A stretch of DNA of 59,784 bases, taken from the NCBI GenBank assembly GCA_043803945.1, contig JAZDJN010000013.1:1-59784 (forward strand), written 5' to 3'. The DNA is from a bacterium. Its GTDB lineage: Bacteria > Bacteroidota > Ignavibacteria > UBA10030. Numbering within the stretch: the stretch's first letter is position 1; every line of letters starts with the position of its first letter. Positions 21,701-29,848 of the stretch are shown here, one piece after another. The notes below the pieces were generated by a model. The model was not told the DNA's origin. It did not search any database and saw only the letters and a program-made list of their open reading frames with translations. A program made the position numbers and the translations under genes.

Positions 21701-21811
21701 ATAACATTTGACGGATCGAATTTAGCAGGCGGAGTTTATTTTGTGCGCTCCATAATGCAAATGCAAGATAAACAAAAAGTTTTTACAAAAAAGATGATCC
21801 TTATGAAATAG
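18737..21811 (+). CDS. PL11 rhamnogalacturonan lyase (YesW/YesX-like) with 2 FN3 domains, CBM35/CBM6-like module and T9SS CTD
   Basis: SWRLL, YSPNDASAADLDGDGEYE, NIRAGAHYTQFMVYD, GQGNHN, GHGDALH, NNGTKANP, WQNVGYNQPPH, then FN3 repeats, GFHGTGFTNF and QNYPNPFNP. Confidence 0.93.
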   Translation: MNLIKQIILLIVLSFIVSNLVVGQKFQNENIGRGTVAVVLPNGGVYISWRLLASDPKGVKFNVYRGTKKINEEPISASTNLIDPSGTSIDLYSVLPVINGVEQGTAQEVKPWNQNYKTIPLQRPTGGQTPDGVSYSYSPNDASAADLDGDGEYELVVKWEPSNSKDNSQSGYTGNVFLDGLKLDGALIWRIDLGRNIRAGAHYTQFMVYDLNGDGKAEIACKTADGTIDGKGTVIGDANADYRNSSGYILTGPEYFTIFEGPTGKALVTTDYLPARGNVSSWGDSNGNRVDRFLAGVAYLDGERPSVVMCRGYYRSSDNTKGRTVLAAWDYRNDLLTNRWIFNAVRYGENDEYTGQGNHNISVADLDGDGKDEIVYGAMAVDDAGTGLWNSGLGHGDALHVSDIDPNRPGLEIWGIHEQAQIGSALLDGKTGKIIWGTGPGDVGRGVSANLDDSQDGMECWGGTDGLRSAANVKVGSAPPSSNHVIWWDGDLERELLDNTNIRKYGGSNPILLLADGCSSNNGTKANPALQADLFGDWREEVILRTSDNNSLRVYTTTIETPYRLVTLMQDRQYREAIAWQNVGYNQPPHPSFFIGKSMLIPDSLKPPSKPNNIRGAFSGDTVLIAWDANIDSDLAGYKLYRGRSNNTFADSIDVGNKTYYKDTSVKYDTTYYYAVKAYDLNGNNSEYSEIIKVTPTVRPTTPTGISYRFDSHSIFLVWESQNFGNISHVNINRSETEDMASAKNMSIDKSLNTYTDKNLTTGKKHYYTLSVTDTNQVESFPSIVLNITPGTSFTFQSEDALHIGTVFVDNNNLGFHGTGFTNFDVSNSAVEFTSMPGFGGGELTLIYRYALGSSDRTGSFMVNGQSRSMTMRGTSQWTNYVLDSVQVNLNAGFDNTIRFSSTGSDFGNLDEITIAHKPTTFIEFVDDKNNIPIQFQLYQNYPNPFNPQTTFSFALPQEAFVSINIYDINGRLISSQLNDRYKAGVHKITFDGSNLAGGVYFVRSIMQMQDKQKVFTKKMILMK

Positions 21812-21925
21812 GTTTTGAACTTAATCTGCCAATTTTGGCTACCTAAAGCCGGTCTGTTTTAGAAAAATTCTTATGGCTTGTTTTAATTCCTATTAGTATC
21901 AATTTGTTATTGCCTTATAAAACAC

Positions 21926-24655
21926 ATGAAAAAAATATTAAGTCATATAATTTTTACAAAGAAAAGCTGGTTTTTTGATTTAGTGTGTGTATTGATCCTT
22001 TTCACTCTTGTTCCTAATTCATTTTTTGCGCAAAAGGTTGATCCTATTAAGTTATCATGGCTTGGCGGAAAATCGCCGGCGATGGCAACTGGAGTCAGTT
22101 GGGGTGTTCCGTTACCCGAAGGGAAAATTAATCCTTCGGTAAGTTTTTCATTGAAAAATAACCGCGGACAAGCACTGCCGATTCAATCATGGCCATTGGC
22201 ATTCTGGCCTGATGGTTCGCTTAAATGGGTAGGTCTAAGCACGATAGTAGATGATGATGCCGGACTGACATTTGAACTTGAGCCATTAAAAAAAGGAACA
22301 GCAAATAATTCAAAAATGGAGATCGAATTAATTGAAACTAGTGAAAATGTGCTGGTGAATACCGGAGGTATACAATGTGAAATTCCAAAGAACGGCGAGC
22401 AGCTTATTCGTTACATTAAAATGGACGGAAAAAATATTTCTACCGGTGGAAAGTTAGTCTGTATTTTGCAGGATGGTCCGAGCAGTGAATTTGGTGTCCA
22501 ACCTTTCAAAGAATTATTTATTGGTAAAATTGAAGAAGTAACGGTTGAACAAAATGGTCCTGTAAGAGCAGTTATAAAAATTGAAGGCAGACATTTTTCG
22601 GAATCGGGAAATAGAAGCTGTATTCCTTTCATTGTTAGATTCTATTTCTATTCTGGACAGCAATCAATTCGTTTGGTGCACACAATCATTTATGATGGCG
22701 ATCAGGAAAAGGATTTTATCCGTGGTTTAGGAGTGGTGTTTGATGTTCCGATTGATGAGCAGTTGTACAACAGGCATGTTCGCTTTTCCGGAGAAAACGG
22801 TGGATTATGGGATGAACCATGTCAGCCGCTCAACGGACGGTTTCCACTTGACCGTAACGAAGATCTCTATGCCAAGCAACTTACCGGCGAGCGTATTGCC
22901 GAGCGCGAAACCTTCTCTGAAAATCAACAATTCCTTATTAAGCACTGGGCATCCTGGAACGGTTTCAAACTGGAACAGTTGAATGCTGATGGTTTCCGGA
23001 TACGAAAAAGAACCAATGATGAAAGCACATGGATTGATGCCGGTTACGGCAAACATTCTTCGGGAATGGCTTTTATTGGTGATGTGTCCGGCGGATTGGC
23101 GATTTGTGTCCGTAATTTCTGGCAATCGTTTCCTTCGGCGTTGGAAATCCGAAATGTTAAAACAGATACCGCACAACTTAAAGCATGGCTTTGGTCTCCG
23201 GAAGCTGAAGCGATGGACATGCGCCATTACGACACACTTGCCTGGGGACATAATCTCGACGCCAGTTATGAAGATGTTCAACCGGGATTCAGCACTGCAA
23301 CCGGGGTGGGGCGCACATCCGAAATCTTGCTGTATGCCTCGACTATAGTGCCGTCTTATGAAACTTTGAATAACGTAGTACAACAAGGGAATCAGCCGGC
23401 TTTACTTACGTCTTCTCCGGAATACATTCACAGCATTCCAGTTTTTGGAGTTTGGAGTCTTCCTGACCGAAGCACTAAAGGAAAATTCTGGATCGAAGAT
23501 CAACTCGATAAAGCTTTTAAATATTATCAGCAGGAAATTGAACAACGGCATTGGTATGGTTTCTGGCATTATGGAGATATAATGCATGGGTACGATCCTC
23601 AAAGACACACATGGAGATATGACGTGGGTGGTTTCGCGTGGGATAACACGGAATTGATGCCTAACATGTGGTTGTGGTACAGCTATTTGCGATCCGGAAA
23701 TGAGGAGATATTCCGTGTGGCTGAAGCGATGACACGTCATACCGGAGAAGTAGACGTCTATCACCTGGGACGCTTTAAAGGACTTGGTTCGCGTCATAAT
23801 GTTATTCATTGGGGCTGTGGTGCCAAAGAGGTTCGTATCTCGCAAGCCTACCTAGGCCGTTTCTATTATTATTTGACAACGGATGAACGCACCGGGGATT
23901 TGATGCGCGCGTCTGTGGATGCTTCCAATGAGGCAATTGGTAAGATCGATCCACTACGTTTGATTTTGGGAAAAAGTGTTTACCCGACGCACGCTCGTGT
24001 TGGTCCTGATTGGCTGGCGTTGGTTGGAAATTGGATGACAGAATGGGAACGTACAGGCGATTCCAAATACCGCGACCGGATAATGATCGGTGTGAACAGT
24101 TTGTATGAAATGCCTTATGGATTTTTCTCAGGTAAAAACGCTGCTTTTGGATACGATCCAGCAACATATAAATTATATCGTTTGAATAATGATGATATTG
24201 GATCTGCACACTTGTCTGTTCTGATGGGTGGGCCGGAAGTTGCTTTCGAATTGAGTCATCTTCTTCAAGATAAAAAATGGAATACACTGTGGATGCAATT
24301 CTGTAAATTATACGCAGCTCCTAAAGAAGAAATTCAAAAAGAATTTGGCAAAGATGTTCAATTAGGGAATCCCGGTTCATGGTATGCACGGCTTCCTGCA
24401 TATTACGCTAAAATGACTGGTGACAAAGCTTATGCAGCAAGAGCCTGGGATGAATTTCTTAATACCAGAGCAAGATATTATCCCGATTTCACTATGCAAA
24501 AATTCGAAGGGAGCCAGAGTTTGCAGCCGGTATATGAAGTGATAGGAATTTCCACCAACAACACCGCACAGTGGTGTCTGAATGCCATTGAATTGCTGGA
24601 GTTGGTTGGAGATCAGCTTCCTGAAGATAATCCAAGAATAAAAATTGAGAAGTAA
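21926..24655 (+). CDS. PL26 / YetA-like exo-rhamnogalacturonan lyase
   Basis: WPDGSLKW, WYGFWHYGDIMH, WRYDVGGFAWDNTE, AMTRHTGEVD, GLGSRHNVIHWGCGAKE. Confidence 0.85.
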   Translation: MKKILSHIIFTKKSWFFDLVCVLILFTLVPNSFFAQKVDPIKLSWLGGKSPAMATGVSWGVPLPEGKINPSVSFSLKNNRGQALPIQSWPLAFWPDGSLKWVGLSTIVDDDAGLTFELEPLKKGTANNSKMEIELIETSENVLVNTGGIQCEIPKNGEQLIRYIKMDGKNISTGGKLVCILQDGPSSEFGVQPFKELFIGKIEEVTVEQNGPVRAVIKIEGRHFSESGNRSCIPFIVRFYFYSGQQSIRLVHTIIYDGDQEKDFIRGLGVVFDVPIDEQLYNRHVRFSGENGGLWDEPCQPLNGRFPLDRNEDLYAKQLTGERIAERETFSENQQFLIKHWASWNGFKLEQLNADGFRIRKRTNDESTWIDAGYGKHSSGMAFIGDVSGGLAICVRNFWQSFPSALEIRNVKTDTAQLKAWLWSPEAEAMDMRHYDTLAWGHNLDASYEDVQPGFSTATGVGRTSEILLYASTIVPSYETLNNVVQQGNQPALLTSSPEYIHSIPVFGVWSLPDRSTKGKFWIEDQLDKAFKYYQQEIEQRHWYGFWHYGDIMHGYDPQRHTWRYDVGGFAWDNTELMPNMWLWYSYLRSGNEEIFRVAEAMTRHTGEVDVYHLGRFKGLGSRHNVIHWGCGAKEVRISQAYLGRFYYYLTTDERTGDLMRASVDASNEAIGKIDPLRLILGKSVYPTHARVGPDWLALVGNWMTEWERTGDSKYRDRIMIGVNSLYEMPYGFFSGKNAAFGYDPATYKLYRLNNDDIGSAHLSVLMGGPEVAFELSHLLQDKKWNTLWMQFCKLYAAPKEEIQKEFGKDVQLGNPGSWYARLPAYYAKMTGDKAYAARAWDEFLNTRARYYPDFTMQKFEGSQSLQPVYEVIGISTNNTAQWCLNAIELLELVGDQLPEDNPRIKIEK

Positions 24656-25379
24656 ATTTAGCAACGAAATGTTTACGATCATTTTTTGTTTTTTTGTAAC
24701 TATCGAATTTCACAGCACGATATTTGCTCAAAGCACGACGAATACAGGTTCAGTTGAACAGTATATAAAAGAACAACTGATTTACCAGGATAATTTTGAT
24801 CGGGGAATAAAAAACTGGGTCGTGGAAACGTCTCATTCGCCCAATTCAAAAGTTGAATCAAAAGATGGGAAGTTGATTATTGATGTGGAGCATGGTGCGA
24901 CTGTTTGGTTTAACAAAAAACTGTCTGGAAACATCCTGATTGAGTATCATAGAAAAGTAATCATGAACAATGGGCACAACGACCGCTTATCAGACCTTAA
25001 CCAATTTTGGATGGCAACTGATCCCCGGCAAGAAAATTTATTTACACGTAGCGGAACTTTAGCGGAATACGATTCACTGCGGCTTTATTATGCAGGCATT
25101 GGCGGCAATAGTAATACTACTACTCGTTTTCGGAAATATCGGGGCAATGGTGAGCGTAACCTGCTGACTGATTTGCAGGATGAACGACACTTGCTTCAAC
25201 CAAACAAAACGTACTTGATTCAACTTGTAGTCCACAACGGAACAACAAAGGTCTTTGTGGATGGTGAGCAATATTTTTCTTTTAAAGATGATGAACCGTT
25301 AACCGAAGGTTATTTCGGTTTTCGAACCGTGGAGTCGCATCAAGAAATTGATGATTTTAAGATTTATCGTTTGAAATAA
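24645..25379 (+). CDS. YesU-like / DUF6250 concanavalin-fold protein associated with RG-I loci
   Basis: LIYQDNF, GATVWF, RLSDLNQFWMATDP, LYYAGIGGNSNTTTRFRKY, GYFGFRT. Start uncertain. Confidence 0.7.
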   Translation: MRSKFSNEMFTIIFCFFVTIEFHSTIFAQSTTNTGSVEQYIKEQLIYQDNFDRGIKNWVVETSHSPNSKVESKDGKLIIDVEHGATVWFNKKLSGNILIEYHRKVIMNNGHNDRLSDLNQFWMATDPRQENLFTRSGTLAEYDSLRLYYAGIGGNSNTTTRFRKYRGNGERNLLTDLQDERHLLQPNKTYLIQLVVHNGTTKVFVDGEQYFSFKDDEPLTEGYFGFRTVESHQEIDDFKIYRLK

Positions 25380-25427
25380 GAATGGGATTTTAAAAATAAA
25401 CAGGAAACTACTCAGAATAATAATTTT

Positions 25428-25583
25428 GAACACAGATGACACAGATAAAAGCACTGATCCTCACAGATGGAAAATGCTTGGCATTTGCGAGATTGATCGT
25501 TGGGATTTCACTCTACGCGTACTTTCAGCTATTTATTTGATTTATCTGTGTTAATCGGTGTTTTTCGTGTGTCATCAGTGTTC
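25428..25583. repeat. ~40-bp imperfect inverted repeat of the CACAGAT / ATCTGTG REP-like class
   Basis: GAACACAGATGACACAGATAAAAGCACTGATCCTCACAGAT (25428-25468) pairs with ATCTGTGTTAATCGGTGTTTTTCGTGTGTCATCAGTGTTC (25544-25583). Confidence 0.75.
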
Positions 25584-25815
25584 GATCTTTCTTCATTGGT
25601 GAGTAATTACAAAAACAGGTTAATAGAGACACCGAAAAATATCTTTTATCATTTCGATCCCGGTTTATTGGGAGGGAAATCTTTGATGTTGACTTGCCAA
25701 CCAATGGCGGGTAATATTTCTCATTGCTTTGCTTCTTCAAAAAAAACATTCCTGAATTATTCAGATGTATCCATGAGATAATCAAGAATAAATAATTAAG
25801 AGAGAAGATTAAAAC

Positions 25816-27261
25816 ATGCGTAGAACAACAAACCTAAGTAATTACAAAATTGCAGAATTCAAGCATCAAATAGCATTCCTGTTAATCCTACTTCTAAATA
25901 TCCCATCCTTATCCGTGGGGCAAAATAACAAATGTATAGTTTCTGTCTTTAATGTTCTGAATTATGGAGCTGTTGGCGACGGTAAAACTCTGGATACCGA
26001 CGCCATCCAGAAAGCTATAGATGCTGCTTCCCAAACGGGCAATGGGGCTCAAGTTCTAATACCCGGCGGTCGCAAATATTTAATTGGTACAATTGAATTA
26101 AAAAGTAATATAGATTTTCATCTGCAGGGTGATGCCGAATTATTAGTCAGCACCCATCAGAAAGATTACTCGGGAGAAGCAGCTGTAATTGCTAACGGCG
26201 CCAAAGAATTGACCATTTCCGGGACCGGGAGTATTAATGGTCGCGCTCCTGAAATTATGTCGCACTATGATAATGCAGATGAATGGTGGATACCTAAAGA
26301 TTGGCGCCCCAAATTATTCATCTTAACCAAATGCACCGATTTGAAAGTATTGAATATCACTATTAATAAAGCACCGCTATGGAGTTTGCATATGCTGGGC
26401 TGCGAGAATGTCCTGATAGACGGAATCAAAGTTCGCAATAACCTTGATGTGCCAAATTGCGATGGTATCGTCCCTGATCATTGTCGTAATGTAGAAATAC
26501 GAGATTGTGAAATCAGTTGCGGCGACGACGCCATTGTAGTGAAAGCTACTCGACAAACAGAAGAGTATGGCCCTTCGGCTAACATACACGTGCACGACTG
26601 CATATTGGAAACGCAGGATTCAGGAGTTAAGATTGGTACTGAAACAACTCAGGATATTTTTAATGTAGTTTTCGAACGTATTACAATTAAGACAAGTTGC
26701 CGCGGATTGAACATTCAGCTTCGTGATGAAGGCGATGTGTACAATATTGTATTTAGGGAAATCACATTTACGTCGCGTTATCATTCGGCACCATGGTGGG
26801 GACGTGGAGAAGCTATTTCATTTACGGCTATTCCTCGAACACCGGTATCAAGAATTGGAAACATTCACAATATTCTCGTTGAAAATGTTACTGGAACATC
26901 TGAAAACAGTGTGAGGATAAACGGTACAAAAGAAAGTCGTATTAGCAATGTGCGATTTGAAAATGTGAATGTCACTTTGAACAGATGGACTAAATATACG
27001 GGCAATCTCTTTGATAATCGTCCGACAAGTGCGTACCCAGGCATTGAAGCGAATAATAATCCCGGTATTTATGTCCGTTTCAGCGATCTTGTAGTATTGA
27101 AAAATTGCAGTGTAAACTGGGGCAATAATCTTCCTGATTATTTTACCAATGCCATCTATGCTCACGATGTTACAGATTTGAAAATAGAAGGATTCAAAGG
27201 AGAAGCGGCACATCCGGAAAGAGATAAGGCGATTTTCGTTCAGGAAAACAAAACAAATTAA
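25816..27261 (+). CDS. GH28 polygalacturonase/rhamnogalacturonase-family hydrolase
   Basis: NVLNYGAVGDGKTLDTDAIQKAID, PNCDGI, GDDAIVVK, KIGTET beta-helix. Confidence 0.88.
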   Translation: MRRTTNLSNYKIAEFKHQIAFLLILLLNIPSLSVGQNNKCIVSVFNVLNYGAVGDGKTLDTDAIQKAIDAASQTGNGAQVLIPGGRKYLIGTIELKSNIDFHLQGDAELLVSTHQKDYSGEAAVIANGAKELTISGTGSINGRAPEIMSHYDNADEWWIPKDWRPKLFILTKCTDLKVLNITINKAPLWSLHMLGCENVLIDGIKVRNNLDVPNCDGIVPDHCRNVEIRDCEISCGDDAIVVKATRQTEEYGPSANIHVHDCILETQDSGVKIGTETTQDIFNVVFERITIKTSCRGLNIQLRDEGDVYNIVFREITFTSRYHSAPWWGRGEAISFTAIPRTPVSRIGNIHNILVENVTGTSENSVRINGTKESRISNVRFENVNVTLNRWTKYTGNLFDNRPTSAYPGIEANNNPGIYVRFSDLVVLKNCSVNWGNNLPDYFTNAIYAHDVTDLKIEGFKGEAAHPERDKAIFVQENKTN

Positions 27262-27283
27262 TCTAATACCCTATCGAGGAAAT

Positions 27284-28648
27284 ATGAAAAGTTCAAAAAA
27301 TATTTTAAGCTCAATACTTTTTGTAATCTTTTTCAGTGCGGGGATTAATGCTCAGATTCAGAACAGAACTGCAAATGATGCTACAACGCCTTTGCACATG
27401 TTGCAGCCGGATTATCCAACTCCCTACGGTGCACCAGCAATTGAAAGCGTTAAAAAAGTATTGAATAAAGTTTATAACTATCTTGGTCGTGTTACGCCGG
27501 CTAAAGTAGTTGATAAAAATTCTAAGCAGGAAATAACAGATATTTCCAAACTCCATAAGGATGTTGCTTTTGCTCAAGGTGATTTTCGTTTGATTAGTTA
27601 TGAATGGGGTGTTACTTACGCAAGTATGTTGTTGGCTAGCCAGGTTACCGGCGAGAAAAAGTTTGCTGAATATGCAACCGTTCGCTTAAAGTTGATTGCC
27701 AACCTGGCTGACTTTTACCGGAATCACCCGGATATGGATATAGTAGGTTCGCCCGTTCATTCTGTTTTGCATCCCGGTGCGCTTGATGATGCCGGTGCTA
27801 TGTGTGCAGCCATGATTAAAGTCAGCCGAGCCGGGAATTATGCAGAGGCATTACGCCCTTTGATAGATAACTTCATCGATTATATTCATAACAAACAGTT
27901 TCGCCTGGTGGATGGAACACTAGCACGTAACCGGCCGCAATACAATACATTGTGGCTGGATGATTTATTTATGAGCGTGCCCGCTTTGGCTCAAATGGGT
28001 AAACTGACGGGCGACAACCGGTATTATGACGATGCCGTTAAGCAGGTTCTGCAATTCTCCAAACGTATGTTTAATGAAGAAAAAGGTTTGTACATGCATG
28101 GTTGGGTACAAGGTATGCAGGTTCATCCTCAATATCATTGGGCGCGTGCCAACGGTTGGGCGGTAATGGCAATGGTGGAATTGCTGGACGTGTTACCTAA
28201 AACGCATCCTGGTTATCAGGATGTGCTCAAGCAGTTGCAGGCTCACATTAAAGGATTGGCAAAGTACCAGGATGGAACAGGTTTTTGGCATCAGTTGTTG
28301 GATCGCAGCGATACTTATCTGGAAACGTCGGCTACAGCGATTTACACATATTCAATTGCCAAAGCAATCAATGACGGTTTAATTGATCCAATGGCTTTTA
28401 TTCCAGTTGCTATTTTGAGCTGGAATGCTGTTGCTACCAAGGTCAATAATAATGGACAGATAGAAGGCACATGTGTTGGAACAGGAATGGCCTTTGATCC
28501 GGCTTTCTACTTTTATCGTCCTATCAATGTGTTTGCAGCTCACGGGTACGGTCCGGTAATGCTTGCTGGTTCCGAAATCATCAAGTTGTTACAGAAATAT
28601 AAATTGGAGATAAACGATAGTTCACTACAACTGAAAATGGAAAAATAA
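27284..28648 (+). CDS. GH105 unsaturated rhamnogalacturonyl hydrolase (second copy)
   Basis: SYEWGV, LDDAG, WLDDLFMS, WARANGW, GFWHQLLD, YLETSATA, HGYGP. Confidence 0.9.
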   Translation: MKSSKNILSSILFVIFFSAGINAQIQNRTANDATTPLHMLQPDYPTPYGAPAIESVKKVLNKVYNYLGRVTPAKVVDKNSKQEITDISKLHKDVAFAQGDFRLISYEWGVTYASMLLASQVTGEKKFAEYATVRLKLIANLADFYRNHPDMDIVGSPVHSVLHPGALDDAGAMCAAMIKVSRAGNYAEALRPLIDNFIDYIHNKQFRLVDGTLARNRPQYNTLWLDDLFMSVPALAQMGKLTGDNRYYDDAVKQVLQFSKRMFNEEKGLYMHGWVQGMQVHPQYHWARANGWAVMAMVELLDVLPKTHPGYQDVLKQLQAHIKGLAKYQDGTGFWHQLLDRSDTYLETSATAIYTYSIAKAINDGLIDPMAFIPVAILSWNAVATKVNNNGQIEGTCVGTGMAFDPAFYFYRPINVFAAHGYGPVMLAGSEIIKLLQKYKLEINDSSLQLKMEK

Positions 28649-28649
28649 A

Positions 28650-29723
28650 ATGAAAATTAAGCAACTTATATATTTTATATTTTTTCTCTTTGTAATACAA
28701 AATTCTTGGGCACAGGAAAAACGAAGTTATAAAATTTTTCAGTTCCCCGCTGATCAAATTCCGCGAATAGATGGAAATACTGATGATTGGGATATCGTTC
28801 CAGAAAGTTATACTGTTGGTATGGATCAGTTGTGGGATGACAGCGGCAAACATGATAAGGCAGATCCAAATAATCTCGATGTTAAAGTGAAAGTCGGCTG
28901 GGTGAAAGGAATGGATCGCTTATATTTTTTATATGAGGCGTATGATGACTATTGGGATTTCGCTTTGCCCGGTCTGCATAACGATACTTTCGAACTTGTG
29001 GTGGATGCCGATCAATCTGGCGGACCATTCATAGATCGTTTTCATCCTAATAAAGACTTGAGCATCATGGATGCGTACTTTTCTTATCACGGTGTTCATG
29101 CACAAAATTATCACATTTTTACCCCGGTGGAAGGAAAGGATTGGACTTTGTTGTGGGGAAGCCAGCCATGGATAAAAGAGTTGCCGTACGCAAACTCTGT
29201 TTGTAAATACAATTTTAAACCAGGTGAATCCGGAAAATTGATTCTGGAGTTTTGGATAACACCTTTCGATTATGCCGGAAATGATCCATCGCGTGCAGTG
29301 AAATCAATTCTAACTGAAAATAAAAATATTGGTTTGTGCTGGGCAATTATTGATTACGACGATGTTAACAAAGAAAGCAACAATGGATTTTGGAACCTTT
29401 CCAAAGAGCATACTATGTATGGAAACGCTTCATACGCTTTACCATTTAAATTGATGCCGTTAGAAGAGCAGTTCAAAAAAACAATCGATGCTAAATGGAC
29501 TTTTAATGTATTAGATATGAACCGACGCTCGGTAGCTTTTATTGATCAATCCGAGGGAAAGATTAATACCTGGAAGTGGGATTTTGGCGACGGAACAACT
29601 TCCGAAGAACAAAATCCGATCCATCAATATAAAGACGCCGGAAAATATGTGGTCGTGCTTTGGGTGGAGAGCCCGACAGGAAAATCACGTCGTTCCAAAG
29701 TTTGGGATGTGGCAGTGAAATAG
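28650..29723 (+). CDS. Secreted protein with CBM9/DOMON-like N-domain and C-terminal PKD domain
   Basis: Signal peptide, IPRIDGNTDDW, LYFLYEAYDDY, and PKD signature WKWDFGDGTTSEEQNPIHQY..GKYVV. Confidence 0.75.
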   Translation: MKIKQLIYFIFFLFVIQNSWAQEKRSYKIFQFPADQIPRIDGNTDDWDIVPESYTVGMDQLWDDSGKHDKADPNNLDVKVKVGWVKGMDRLYFLYEAYDDYWDFALPGLHNDTFELVVDADQSGGPFIDRFHPNKDLSIMDAYFSYHGVHAQNYHIFTPVEGKDWTLLWGSQPWIKELPYANSVCKYNFKPGESGKLILEFWITPFDYAGNDPSRAVKSILTENKNIGLCWAIIDYDDVNKESNNGFWNLSKEHTMYGNASYALPFKLMPLEEQFKKTIDAKWTFNVLDMNRRSVAFIDQSEGKINTWKWDFGDGTTSEEQNPIHQYKDAGKYVVVLWVESPTGKSRRSKVWDVAVK

Positions 29724-29848
29724 ATAATCCAAGAGTTTATTTTGGAACAATAACACCTCAGGATAACTACTTACAGTCCAATAAGTTTTAACAGATTATT
29801 ACTATAGTAAATCCGAGATACAGCTTGAATTGATTTATTATGCATTTT

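Noticed and set aside
25428-25583. CRISPR array
   Set aside because: Repeats are short, degenerate and inverted, with no regular spacers and no cas genes.
25500-25785. Short ORFs 25500-25781 (+) and 25525-25785 (-)
   Set aside because: They are translations of the inverted repeat and AT-rich spacer with no protein motif.
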